In this document: piece by piece, positions 9,902 to 21,509 of the stretch
How positions within the stretch are numbered: position 1 is the stretch's first letter
How the letters are laid out: each line of letters starts with the position of its first letter
Assembly (NCBI GenBank): GCA_002269645.1
Contig: NIVC01000136.1
Span: forward strand, 1-64,000
Direction of reading: 5' to 3'
Length of the DNA stretch: 64,000 nucleotides
DNA from: Macrostomum lignano
Lineage: Eukaryota
The notes under the pieces: model-generated
What the model was told of the DNA's origin: nothing
Seen by the model: only the letters and a program-made list of their open reading frames with translations
The model's database searches: none
Position numbers and translations under genes: made by a program

Positions 9902-12500
9902 TCTAATATATCTAAAGTAGCAACCCCCCCTCCACCGGCCCTGTCTGTCTGTGGGTATGTAACAGGTTATCTCCCAATCTAATATATCTAAAGTAGCAAC
10001 CCCCCCTCCACCGGCCCTGTCTGTCTGTGGGTATGTAACAGGTTATCTCCCAAAAGGCTCAACCGATTTTCTCCGTTTCTTCGCCAAAAGATGTCAAATG
10101 TGCCCGGGACGGTACATGTAATTTTATTAAGCTCTAGCTCAATGCTAAGGGGATTAAATATTCGAAAAACTGTTTTAAATGGCCTTTTTAGTGTATTTTT
10201 TTATCAGCCTGCGCGCAGCGAGAAACTTCACAGCCAATTTTAATGATTGCGCCAGAGCCAACTGATAAGAAAATTCACTTTGCCCCACTGCCCAGATAAT
10301 TACTCTATTTAACTTGCGTAACCAATTAAGGGGGGGGGTATAATAAAAATTCTGGATGCTTCCAATATACTAAAAATCAAAACTATGTACCTATAGGAAC
10401 CTTCGCTTAACTTAACTCTACATGGTCGGAATTTTGTGGGGTTTTCTGCATTCGATGCGTACTAGCCATTTAGCCCCCCTCCGGGTGGCTTCTTAGCAGT
10501 TTAGCGCTTGTCTATAAGCAGTTTTGCACAGTCGCTGAGCAAATCTCACTAATCTCCGAGAAGTTCTGCAGTAGCAAATCTAAGCAGTTGTACACCAATT
10601 TTACTGAGACTAAAAAGTTCTAAAAAGTTACATTTCTGAATGTTTGAAACTTTGCAACGTCAATTCATTTATAGTTCTTTTATGATTATTCGTTATTTTC
10701 AAATCCTCACCAGATTAGCACTATTCTCTCACATTAGCCCTACACCCCCAGATTAGCCCCACTTCCCCCAGATTAGCACTACCCCCCCCCATATTAGCCG
10801 CACACCCCCAGATTAGCCCCACTTCCCCCAGATTAGCACTACCCCCCATATTAGCCGCACACCCCCAGATTAGCCCCACTTCCTCCAGATTAGCACTACC
10901 CCCCATATTAGCCGCACACCCCCAGATTAGCCCCACTTCCTCCAGATTAGCACTACACCCAGATTAGCACTGCGCCCAGATTAGCACTCAGCCCAGATTA
11001 GCACTCAGCCCAGATTAGAACTCAGCCCAGATTAGCACTCAGCCTAGATTAGCACTCAGCCCAGATTAGCACTCAGCCCAGATTAGCACTCAGCCCAGAT
11101 TAGCACTCAGCCCAGATTAGCACTCAGCCCAGATTAGAACTCAGCCCAGATTAGCACTCAGCCCAGATTAGCACTCAGCCCAGATTAGCACTCAGCCCAG
11201 ATTAGCATTCAGCCTAGATTAGCACTCAGCCCAGATTAGCACTCAGCCTATATTAGCACTCAGCCCAGATTAGCACTCAGCCCAGATTAGCACTCAGCCC
11301 AGATTAGCACTCAGCCCAGATTAGCACTCAGCCCAGATTAGCACTCAGCCCAGATTAGCACTCAGCCTAGATTAGCACTCAGCCCAGATTAGCACTCAGC
11401 CCAGATTAGCACTCAGCCTAGATTAGCACTCAGCCCAGATTAGCACTCAGCCCAGATTAGCACCGCTCCACAGATTACCGCCGCTTCCCAGATAGTTTCA
11501 CCTCCCCAGATTAGCACTACTTCTCCAGATTTGCACCACTCCGCAAAAATTCGCACCGCTACTTCCTCCAGATTAGCCCCAATCCCCCAGATTAGCCCCC
11601 TCCTTTATATTAGCCCCACTCCCTTAGATTAGCACCGCTCCCCAGATTAGCACCACTCCCAAACTGCTAAAAGGTGACTACTATTATCGCCTCAGAAGTT
11701 TAAAGTTAAACCCTCCCAGAAATTGGCAGTTATCCCCACAACAACCTGAAATTATCCCTTCTAATTCCGCAAAACAGACTGCAGTCATACAGCTCATTTG
11801 CACTCTACAACTTTTATTATTATTATTCATTTATCCCTCAGAGACCCAGAATTGTCCCTTCTGCAAGCTACAATTATTCACAGTTAAATATCCGCCTCAG
11901 AAGTCTGCCATTATTATCCTAGCAGTCTGCAGCTATCCACTCGGCAGTTTGCAGCTTATACGCTCATAAGTCTCGAGAAACTAACCAACGTCAGCAGTTT
12001 GCAGTTTGTCCCCTTTGCAGTCTGCAATGATCCCTTCAACAATCTGCAGTTCCCCTCAGTAGTCTGCAGTCAATTCATTTGCAGTCAGCAAGTGTTTCCT
12101 TAATAATTCTCATTTATCCCCTCAGCAGTCTGCAGTTCTCTCAGCTGGCCCCTCAGTATTCTCAGCAAACTGCAATGATCTTTTCAATTATTAAAAAATT
12201 TGTTCAGCATTTACGACGGCGCACTAATCAATTTACGATACATATTGGCAGTCTTGCACCACTCAGCATTTAGCAATACCTCAGCAGTTTAGCAGCATCG
12301 TCTGCAGTTTAGTAATTTAATCCCCTGCAGTTTAGTAATATCTACTTCTAGCTCGTATAGACCTAGATAATAACAATTAATGGGATCTTAGGATTTTACA
12401 AATCAAATCAAATTTGCTTAGTGGCTTGTGCGAGTAGCAAAAATAAATTATTGTAATTTAAAAAAAATTAATTACAATTAATCAAAAAATGTTCAAAATA
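9902..12500 (+). mobile_element. Non-autonomous Helitron-like element with a doubled 5' end (3' end not located; right boundary approximate)
   Basis: TCTAATATATCTAAAG...CTGTCTGTCTG at 9902 and again at 9978 (A|TC), followed by the GGCTCAACCGATTTT and TAAATATTCGAAAAAC motifs shared with the 5' region of the coding Helitron. Confidence 0.55.
10725..11660 (+). repeat. CCCAGATTAGC-core minisatellite: ~54-bp trimeric units, then 17-bp units (CCCAGATTAGCACTCAG)
   Basis: Visible tandem periodicity; degenerate copies continue to ~11660. Confidence 0.92.
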
Positions 12501-12548
12501 GTCGAGGCAGAAGCTACTAATGAATGAATTTATTTAATTTTAATTATC

Positions 12549-12625
12549 CGCTGGGGAGGCAGACTCGAACCTTGGACCTTATGCCTAGCTTAAACCTAGT
12601 CCTAGTGCCTACACTGCGGCTATTC
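12549..12625 (-). other. tRNA-derived (SINE-head-like) Pol III box A/box B segment
   Basis: - strand reads TAGCCGCAGTGTAGG (A-box-like) ... AGGTTCGAGTCT (B box). No complete cloverleaf could be built. Confidence 0.45.
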
Positions 12626-12662
12626 CGCCTACTGATCGGAGGGCGCAAAAATCAGCCATATA

Positions 12663-12691
12663 CTAGCAATCTTCGCCCCCCGTTGGGGGGC
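12663..12691 (-). other. Helitron 3' terminus (hairpin + CTAG)
   Basis: - strand: GCCCCCCAACGGGGGGC-GAAGATTG-CTAG|T. Confidence 0.88.
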
Positions 12692-12809
12692 ATCTGTATA
12701 GAATCTCTGTTCTCTACAAGTAACAAAAAGACAGCCAAATAAAGCCTTGACAAAGACAACAGACAAACTGCTCAAATAAAGTGTAATGCAAAAAGAAATC
12801 ATCCCAAGA

Positions 12810-12945
12810 CAGCAAGCATCCCCCAGATAGCAAGCATCCCCCAGATAGCAAGCATCCCCCAAATAGCAAGCATCCCCCAGATAGCAAGCATCCCCCAGAT
12901 AGCAAGCATCCCCCAGATAGCAAGCATCCCCAAATAGTAAGCATC
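12810..12945 (+). repeat. 18-bp minisatellite (GATAGCAAGCATCCCCCA)
   Basis: Tandem copies; second array at ~22128-22320. Confidence 0.92.
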
Positions 12946-13059
12946 CACCAGACAATAAGTAGCTAGTGCAACAATTTCCTTAGCTCTATAGTGGCTCCTT
13001 TAAAATTGGCATGACGCTTACTTTTACGTTTGAAATCGTGTATCTTTTATGTTTGACAT

Positions 13060-13935
13060 GGTGGCTTTTTAGTGTTTGACATGATGGCTCTTTAATGTTC
13101 GACATGGTGGCTCTTTAATGTTTGACATGGTGGCTCTTTTAGGTTTGACATAATGGCTCTTTAATGTTCGACATGGTGGCTCTTTAATGTTTGACATGGT
13201 GGCTCTTTAATGTTCGACATGGTGGCTCTTTAATGTTAGACATGGTGGCTCTTTAATTTTTGACATGGTGGCTCTTTAATGTTTGACATGGAGTCACATA
13301 TATGTTGGACATGGTGGCTCTTTTATGTTTGACATGGTGGCTCTTTAATGTTTGACCTGGTGGCACCTCAATGTGATGATGGCTCTTTAATGATTGAAAT
13401 GGTGGCTCTTTAATGTTCGACATGGTGGCTCTATAATCTTCGACATGGTGGCTCTTTAATGTTCGACATGGTGGCTCTTTAATGTTAGACATGGTGGCTC
13501 TTTAATGTTTGACATGGTGGCTCTTTTAGGTTTGACATAATGGCTCTTTAATGTTCTACATGGTGGCTTTTTTATTTTTGACATGGTGGCTCTTTAATGT
13601 TTGACCTGGTGGCACCTCAATGTGATGATGGCTCTTTAATGATTGAAATGGTAGCTCTTTAATGTTCGACATGGTGGCTCTTTAATGTTAGACATGGTGG
13701 CTCTTTAATGCTCGACATGGTGGTCCTTTTATGCTTGACATGGTGGCTCTTTAATTTTTGACATGGTGGCTCTTTAATGTTCGACATGGTGGTCCTTTTA
13801 TGCTTGACATTGTGGCTCTTTAATGTTTGACATGTTGGTCCTTTTATGTTTGACATGGTGGCTCTTTAATGTTTGGCATGGTGGCTCTTTGATGTTTGGC
13901 ATGGTGGCTCTTTAATGTTAGACATGGTGGCTCTT
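13060..13935 (+). repeat. 23-bp minisatellite (TTGACATGGTGGCTCTTTAATGT)
   Basis: Dozens of degenerate tandem copies; shorter array at ~22425-22670. Confidence 0.93.
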
Positions 13936-16900
13936 TAATTTTTAACGTTTGTTAAACGTTTTTGACGTTTGTAACGCAAGAATTTTTTGTATTTTTTTGC
14001 GAATAAACTTGAAAAGTACAAAGTGAAACTTATGAACATGGCATTAAAAGTACAACCGATATGTCACGTATACATAGCGTGTGCAATGGCTGCATGTGAC
14101 CAGATGAGTTCCTTTAATACTCTACGTTAGTCTATAGTCGCAGCCCTCGGATTCGCTCATTCCTGCCCTCAAATCCATAGTCAGAACAATCAGTTTGGCT
14201 CTATTTCCTTAGCCTTTGCGCTTTGCCACAGACTATTCATATTTGTTTCGCCAAAGATTAAGAAATGAAGTAAGACAAAAGCTTCATTCAGGGCCTTCGT
14301 CTTAGTTAAAATTGACATCTTGTGAGTTTCGTATATTATTCAACTTTCAATATATGGAAGACGAAGGCCCCGTCGCAAGTTGATGCAAATCTTTTTTTAT
14401 GAGCTTACAGTCCACAGTTGTTACAGGTGACTTGAGATATTTTAGATTTTTGAAAAAAAGACTGTCACTCGTAGTTTGCGTAAAAATCCATATACTAAAA
14501 TTCACTCTAATGTTAAGTTTTTGCGAACCTTGGAAAACTAAAAACAAAATTGTTTCGTCTTTTGCATAAATTTGCGATATAAAATAAGTAAAGTTTTTAC
14601 ACAAATTATAATGAAATTTCAGGGGAAAAATAAAAGACAAAATTAACTGCTCATCAAAGATTGAATTCATTAAAAGCAGTGCAAAAGAAGGTTTGTTTCA
14701 AAAGTTACTTTCGGCTAATATGAAATTGCCTTAAAATACAAATTAACTGTAAAGTGCAAATTGACTGTAAAAATTTATACAATGAATAAAATAAGCCTAA
14801 TTGAGCTTCAACATAAAGTTCATCAGCTATTAGCTCGTACTCACTGCCACGCAATATCTACGCTTCGTTAGAAATGAGGTTGGGGCAATAAATTTCCTGC
14901 GATTCTTTTAGGAATGAGAGCTATTGACAGCTATTATTTTAGAGAATGAGAGCTATTACTTAAGAGATATGGGAAATAATTATTCTATTTTTCCTTAAAA
15001 ATAAATGAATATACTTTCTAGCCTTTTGCAATAATAAGGAAAATTATTGCTCACCCCTCATTTTTTACGATAAATAAATTACTCTTCAGTGAGAACTTCT
15101 GGAAACACAACGTTTCTGGTCCTTGTTCCCGGAATCCGGACGCGAACATTTGCCGCGTTCTTTGCTCGTGACAGCGCCGTGTACAGCTGGCCATGCGTGA
15201 AGCAACCGACTGACAGGTCAATGCCAACTGTGTCCAGAGACTGTCCCTGCGACTTGTGAATCGTCAGGCAGAAACTCGGCTTCACAGGGAACTGCAGCCG
15301 CTTAAAACTGACGGGGAGGTCCGCATTGCTAGGAATCAGCGGGATTCGCGGCAGAAGAATCTCGTCTCCCGTGAACTGGCCGGCGGCAATCTTGCATCTA
15401 AGCACGTTCTCGCCCATTGCGAGTATGATCAGCCGCGTACCATTGCACAATCGTGGCGGGTTGATGTTCCTGAGAAGAACTACTGGCATACCCACTTTTA
15501 GCCTCAGCAAGTGAATCGGAAAGTTCGGGGCATCCAGCTGGTTGAGCAACTCAGGCGGGAAGTGCGTAGCGGCATCCTCATCGGCCACACTGTCTATTGA
15601 GCGGTACTCCCGCAGGCTGCCGGGGAACATGCCCAGGCACGTCTCGTTGATGGCATCCACTGAGTCATTGTACGGCGCCAGGATCGCTCGGCTTGCAAAG
15701 TAGCCGTCCCTCTCCACTGAGGCCTCAAACGATGGGTACACAAAATTTATCAGATCATTGAGCGGCGCCTCCGCAGAAATAATGATCTCAGCAGGAAGAG
15801 ACACTTTCTCCTCTGCATCCTGCTCAATTGTTCCGGATCCGATCTGGGGGAGTTAAAAGTCAAATATTTAAAACGCTAGACAGACTTTAAGCAAGGCATT
15901 CTTGAATAAGCCACACTTTTTAAAATGGAGCTCTCAACACGAAAGAAACCGAACATCCTTAAATCTTCCAATAAATAAACTGATGAAAACAAACTTACCT
16001 GCTTGAGTAGCTCGGTGTATCTCAAATACGTTGCAGAATCGGAACTGCTCAGCAATCGGATGTTTCTTGTAAGGCGATGCCGCCGGAAAAATTTCCACAG
16101 TGGGGATCTGCTGACACACGCCATGACGCTGTTGGCTCGAGTCCCATGCACCACAACGGGCAGCAGCTGGCGAAAGTCCCCAGCGCAAACGAAAACCACT
16201 CCGCCGAATGGCACGTCCTGCTTCCGCACGTCTCGCAAGCACCGGTCGACGGCCTCCAAATCCTTCCGGTTTGTCATAGAAATCTCGTCCCAGACAATTA
16301 GACGCACTGTCCGAAATAAAGCGGCCTGTTTGGACTGCGCTCCAACAGCGCACACGTCTTTGCTCGAACGGATCGCCCGAATTGGTATCTTGAACCTGGC
16401 ATAGACAAATAGTTTCACCATGCCGAACATATTTACAGCACACGAAATATTTACAACTGCTTTTTGAAATATTGACAATAAATTACTCACGTTGAATGCG
16501 CCGTCTGTCCACCTGGCAAAAGAGTCGCTGCGATTCCAGAAGCCGCAACGGCGAGAGCGACTTCACCCCGGCTGCGCACGAAGGCTAGCAGAACCTCCAG
16601 CAGGAAGGTCTTGCCAGTGCCAGCAGGTGCGTCCAGGAAGTGCAAGCCGCTGGTGCCGTCCACAAGATTCTGAGTCACGGACTCGTACACCGCTTTCTGC
16701 TCATCTGTCAGCATTGGTAAGCGCGCCTCAGTAATCAGTGCTTGCTCAACCGTATCAAACTGCATTGGTCCATCTTGAGGTGTCACGGAGGCCGCAGGCA
16801 GGCCGTACTCTGGCAGGCTTCTCCCGCCCATGGAGATCAGCATGCTCTGAAGCTCACGCAGCGCCAGGTCAGTAATCTCCTCGGTGCTCAAGTCTCGGTG

Positions 16901-19900
16901 GTGGAACCGCAGGTCCTCGCTGAGATCCTCGGCAAAACTGCACCAGAGGTCGCTGCCATCCTCAGGCTCACCCCATATGAGAATTACGGCCAGAAGATGT
17001 CTCAGGGCTCTTGGCATTCTTGACTGAACGGCCTCAGCTAGACACCGCCGCCAGTGATCATCTCGCTGCAGCAGGCCAAGGGCCATGCAAGCAGCCTTGG
17101 CGCTCGGATGCACAACGCCGTCCACGGTCTGCAGCGCCTCGAAGCTAGTCGGTCCCCTAACATTCAAAAGGAGCATTCGAACGTAAAATAAATCACCTGC
17201 TCTTGGACTCACCGTATACATGCGTGCAACGTTTTTGTTCCGCACTACACCCGGATGGCCATCGACTCGCACACCCTGCTTGGCCCGCCGCCACTCTCTT
17301 TCACTGGAGTGCCACACGAAGTAGGACGGCACGTCCGTGTAGAGCAAGGACCCAGCAAATTCGTCAATACGGCACAGCTTGAAAAATGCCGTCAACGTCG
17401 AATCCTTCGGCGTTCTCGCTTTTGCTCTTGCGGTCCCCCTCGTTGAAATACACGAGCTGCTCTTCCGACTTGTGAACGCAGAGTCGGATGACCGCCGGAA
17501 ACCTGTTGTGCACCTGATCAGAAAGTGAAAGGAAAATATACAGCCTTTAAGTTTCGATGGAAATTCAATTTATACTATGATGAGGTTTCACAGCTCTGGT
17601 TAAAATGAGCCAATAATAATTAGAATGCGAATTACTTCAAAGCCCAAGATGGTATTCACGGCTTCCATTGGACCAATGTAGCGCGCGGACAGGTACTCCT
17701 TAATCTCATCACGCCGCGGCTCATTTCGTGTCGTTTGCGTCGGCTGCTGGTTACCCACTGCCTGCTCTCTCGGTTCAGTAGAATTCCTATTGGCATCGAC
17801 TTTGAACGTCGCCATGTCGCCACCCTTTAACAGGTACTTGATCACGTACTTGACCGACTTCACAGTGGCGCAAACTTCGACGTTCAAGTGGCACGCAAAC
17901 TGGAGCAACAGTTCAGGGCTGTACGGAACGACCCACCTGTTTTAATGAAAAAAAAATATCATTAACTTTCAGAAACAAAAGCAGCAATGCACAACTAAGC
18001 AATATATTAGCGTTTGAACTTCCCTGTTGTCCATGCGAATGCTCCGGCCTTTGAACAGTTTGTCCACTGTAAATCCGCCCATCTCAGGCGATAGTCTGCG
18101 GTACAGTGGGTAGCCAGTATCGCTGGTCAGCGTCACCTGCTGGAACTCTTTCGGAAAGCCCTTGCTGCATTCGCCATTCTCCATGCAAGGACACGCCGGA
18201 TTCTCCTTGCCGCAGGGGCCATGGATCATGTGCGTCTTCACCAGCTCATACAGCACAGGCTGCTGCTCTGGGTCCGGAATCTCGGCAGACACGATGTCAT
18301 CGTATCGGTCCGGAGTCACTCGCTGACCGCTCACGAGCCACAGCAGAAAGTGCACATGAGGAAGACCTGGAGCGTCAAAAAAAGTATTAAAAAATATCAC
18401 AAAACCTTTGTAAATCTAAATTTTAATAAATCTTAAAACTTTGATTCTTGCAAGTCAGAATTTTTACTCACCACGCTTCTGGTACTCCAGTGAGCAAACG
18501 TGAGCGGCCTCTTTCCCATAGCGCTTGGTCAACTGGGCCAGCAGAGCTTTCTTCTTCATTTCAAAGACTCGGCTAACAATGTCGGGCCGGTCTTCTGCCC
18601 GCTGTCCAGGCAGAAGCTGAGCGCTGATCTCCGGCCATTTCGGATTGCACGTTGCGGTGACAAACAGGTCCGGCTTACCGAACTTGTGAACATAGGTCAT
18701 AGCGTCCTGTAGCCTCTCCATCAGGTACCTTGGCCCGCCAACGAAGCTCGAAGACAGAAGCACATGCGCGGGCTTGCCTATGTCACTCGGATCTCTGTCG
18801 GTAGACCTGCCATCAGCTGCAAACAGAGCGTCCCGCAGACCGCTGTACGTCTCGCTGCGCAGGTCCTGCTGATGGGTCCGCAAATACAGCAGCCTCTCTG
18901 CCTCAATCTTGGCACACATGTCCACCAAGTACTGCTGAAATAATCTTCGGCCATAGTGCAGCACACTGAACTGGCCCGCTCGCACCATGATTTCGCTCGC
19001 ATAGTATTTCATGGGCGTCAATTTCTTGCCATTACTCATCAGCAACTCCGGGTGCCAGCCATCTTCGCCATTCGGGAACAGCAGCACATACTCCAGCGGG
19101 TCGTATGAGCGGTGCGTCTCGCTGATTCTCTGGGAACCGCCTCCACGCAGTTGAATCACCACGTCCCGACTGGCCGGTGTGTTCTCATTGTCCTCCACAA
19201 TCAGGATACCGACCTCGTTCGCCGTAGGCAAGTTGTAGCGCCTTATTTTGAACGGAGTTTGTGGGATACTGAGTTTGTACAAATTGGATAATTGGATAAT
19301 TTATTACGCAAAATATCTTATTAGAATGTCTTGCAGACATACCGAATGTGTTCCCCAGATGGTCGACGGTCAGGGTGAATCACGATTCGCGCATCTCCCA
19401 ACTCCGGATCTTGACTGATTCGATGAGCGACTGCCCTCAGGCTGCGGACATAGCCGTTGCATTCGTGAAGCAGCGTCTGCAACAGCTCCAGTAGTTCCGG
19501 CTTCACCTTCTGGCTGAGACTCTGGCGGCTTTCAAGTTCGCGATCATTGAAATACACTTGCCAGCCATGGGGCTCAGCTGAATCTTCTGCAAACAGCGGC
19601 GCCGTGTTGTGATGCAACTGGCCGCTGATGATGAAGCTGGGACACCAGCCTGGCACCAACCGCAGTTTGGCACCCAGCGATGTCAGGTGCAGCGCCGAGT
19701 TGTAACTCCGAATGTTGGTCAGGAACTTGGCACTCAGTCTGTGCCGCCCCAGGTACAGATCCGCCAGCACTTGAGGCACGGTGCGGCTGGGCAGCTTTAC
19801 CTTGCCTTTGGCGCAGCAGAAATTCCTCGTCTCAGAGCACCAAAGTAATGCACCGCATTGGTCGCATGCTCTGTCCATTGGGCCACAGTTATGGGCTGGC

Positions 19901-20075
19901 GCTTCAGGCCTGATTATCCGTTCTGGCCTGTGATTAGAAGGATTAGGATTAGAAAGGATTAATGGCAAACAGTTTTCCCAGTTAATCTTTCAGTTTACAA
20001 AAAAAATTATTAGAATAAAACAACTTGAGTTCGATGACAAATAAATTATGATGACCAGTCACACCAATGACCTAC

Positions 20076-20606
20076 CTCTCTTGAGCAGGTCTTGCGCCAA
20101 AATGACCTGCACCCTGTTGAGTTAATCTTGGCTCCTCTGCATCTACAATGGGCTCAGAAACTGGAATCGGATTAGCAAATCGCAATGACTTATAATGCTC
20201 ATGACGCAAAAGAATTCGGACGATTGCAATCGGTGGCTGCAAAGGGGACATACAGTACTGCAATACAGTGCCATTTTCTTGATAAATCACCAGATCAACA
20301 TTAAAACAACGGCTTAAAAGCGGAACAACTTCATCAGGCACATATGTGCCTTCAGAAAAAGATGAATCAACAATGAAATCAGCATTTTCTGGCAAAACAA
20401 AGCCTTGTTCAATCAATTCTGGCATAATCTGCACTACACGGCTCGTCAGCTCGTGTCTTAAAGATGCCGCATCGGTCTCAAGTGGAGTGCCCTGCAACTG
20501 ATCACAGACTGCATAAAAAAAACAGTTCCCATCACCAGGAATGCGAATTATGCGCAACGCATCAAAAGGTACCACAGACGGTGTGGCCAACTCACTACTA
20601 TCAAAC
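20076..20606 (-). CDS. RepHel exon 2: OTU-like cysteine protease domain
   Basis: IRIPGDGNCFFYAV...LRHEL...LLSRCFNVDLVIY...LLRHEHYKSL. Phase-2/phase-2 exon in frame with its neighbours. Confidence 0.82.
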
Positions 20607-20892
20607 CTGGAATATAGGAAAAAATTATACACAACTTCATTTGTCGGTTATTAAAGTAGTGACGAATAAATTTTATGCTATTCTATACTGATCTCTTAAA
20701 TAAAAATTCTTGGAAAGCAATCGACCTGAAAAGATTAGGAAAAATGCACGAAACAGATTCCAGTTTTTAATTATATGCCTAAGTACCAATAAAACATCAG
20801 CTAAGATAGAAAATACCCAGAATTAGGCACAATGGGCACTTGGATTTTATATAGCTATAAAATATATAGCTCCAATTAAAATGTCATCCTAC

Positions 20893-21509
20893 CTGCCAGC
20901 CGACACTCCTCGACGGCGAATTTGCTCGGCTTCCACTCGAGCTCTTCGTTGCTCTTCGGTTTCTGAAGCGCGTCGCTTCTCCGCACGAGTTCTGTCTCCA
21001 GATCTACGCTCTTCTCGCTGAGCGTCTGTTTCCGTTGCCCTTCGCTCAGCATTTTCCTGCCGGAGTCTCGTCAGGCGCTCTTCTCGCTGAGCGTCGGTTT
21101 CCGTTGCCCTTCGCTCAGCATTTTCCTGCCGGAGTCTCGTCAGGCGCTCTTCTCGCTGAGCGTCGGTTTCAGTTGCCCTTCGCTCAGCATTTTCCTGCCG
21201 GAGTCTCGTCAGGCGCTCTTCTCGCTGAGCGTCGGTTTCCATTGCCCTTCGCTCAGCATTTTCCTGCCGGAGTCTCGTCAGGCGCTCTTCTCGCTGAGCG
21301 TCGGTTTCCGTTGCCCTTCGCTCAGCCTCCTGCTGCCGGTGTCCAGCCAGCCGCTCTTCTCGCTGCGCGTCAGTCTCCATGGCCGTTCGCTCATTCTTCT
21401 GCTGCCGCAGTCCAGCCAGCCGCTCCTCTCGCTGAACGGCACTCTCTTGCTGACGCTTCTTCTTGGCATCTCTGCTCTTCTTCAATGCGCTGGTGCCACG
21501 TCGAGCCAT
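20893..21509 (-). CDS. RepHel exon 1: STPR-type 23-aa repeats (7 full + 1 partial)
   Basis: ETDAQREERLTRLRQENAERRAT is exactly 23 aa (69-bp DNA repeat) and starts with ET, the STPR pattern. Donor AG|GTAGG at 20892. An upstream exon cannot be excluded. Confidence 0.8.

Larger units (their letters stand above)
15079..21509 (-). pseudogene. Helitron RepHel gene, 9 exons (STPR repeats - OTU - Cys-rich Zn region - HUH Rep - Pif1-family helicase), ~1776 aa if repaired; two apparent lesions
   Basis: Exons 21509-20893, 20606-20076, 19927-19343, 19241-18472, 18366-18024, 17936-17636, 17513-16491, 16395-15999, 15843-15079 with matching phases; total 5332 nt (3n+1). Rep motifs FVTATCNPKW, EYQKRGLPHVH, KYVIKYLLK. 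Helicase motifs DAPAGTGKT, IVWDEISM, GDFRQLLPV, TIHKSQGQSL, QLYTALSR. Lesions: extra base in the C5 run at 17435-17439, and a GG donor at 18023-18022. Confidence 0.88.
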
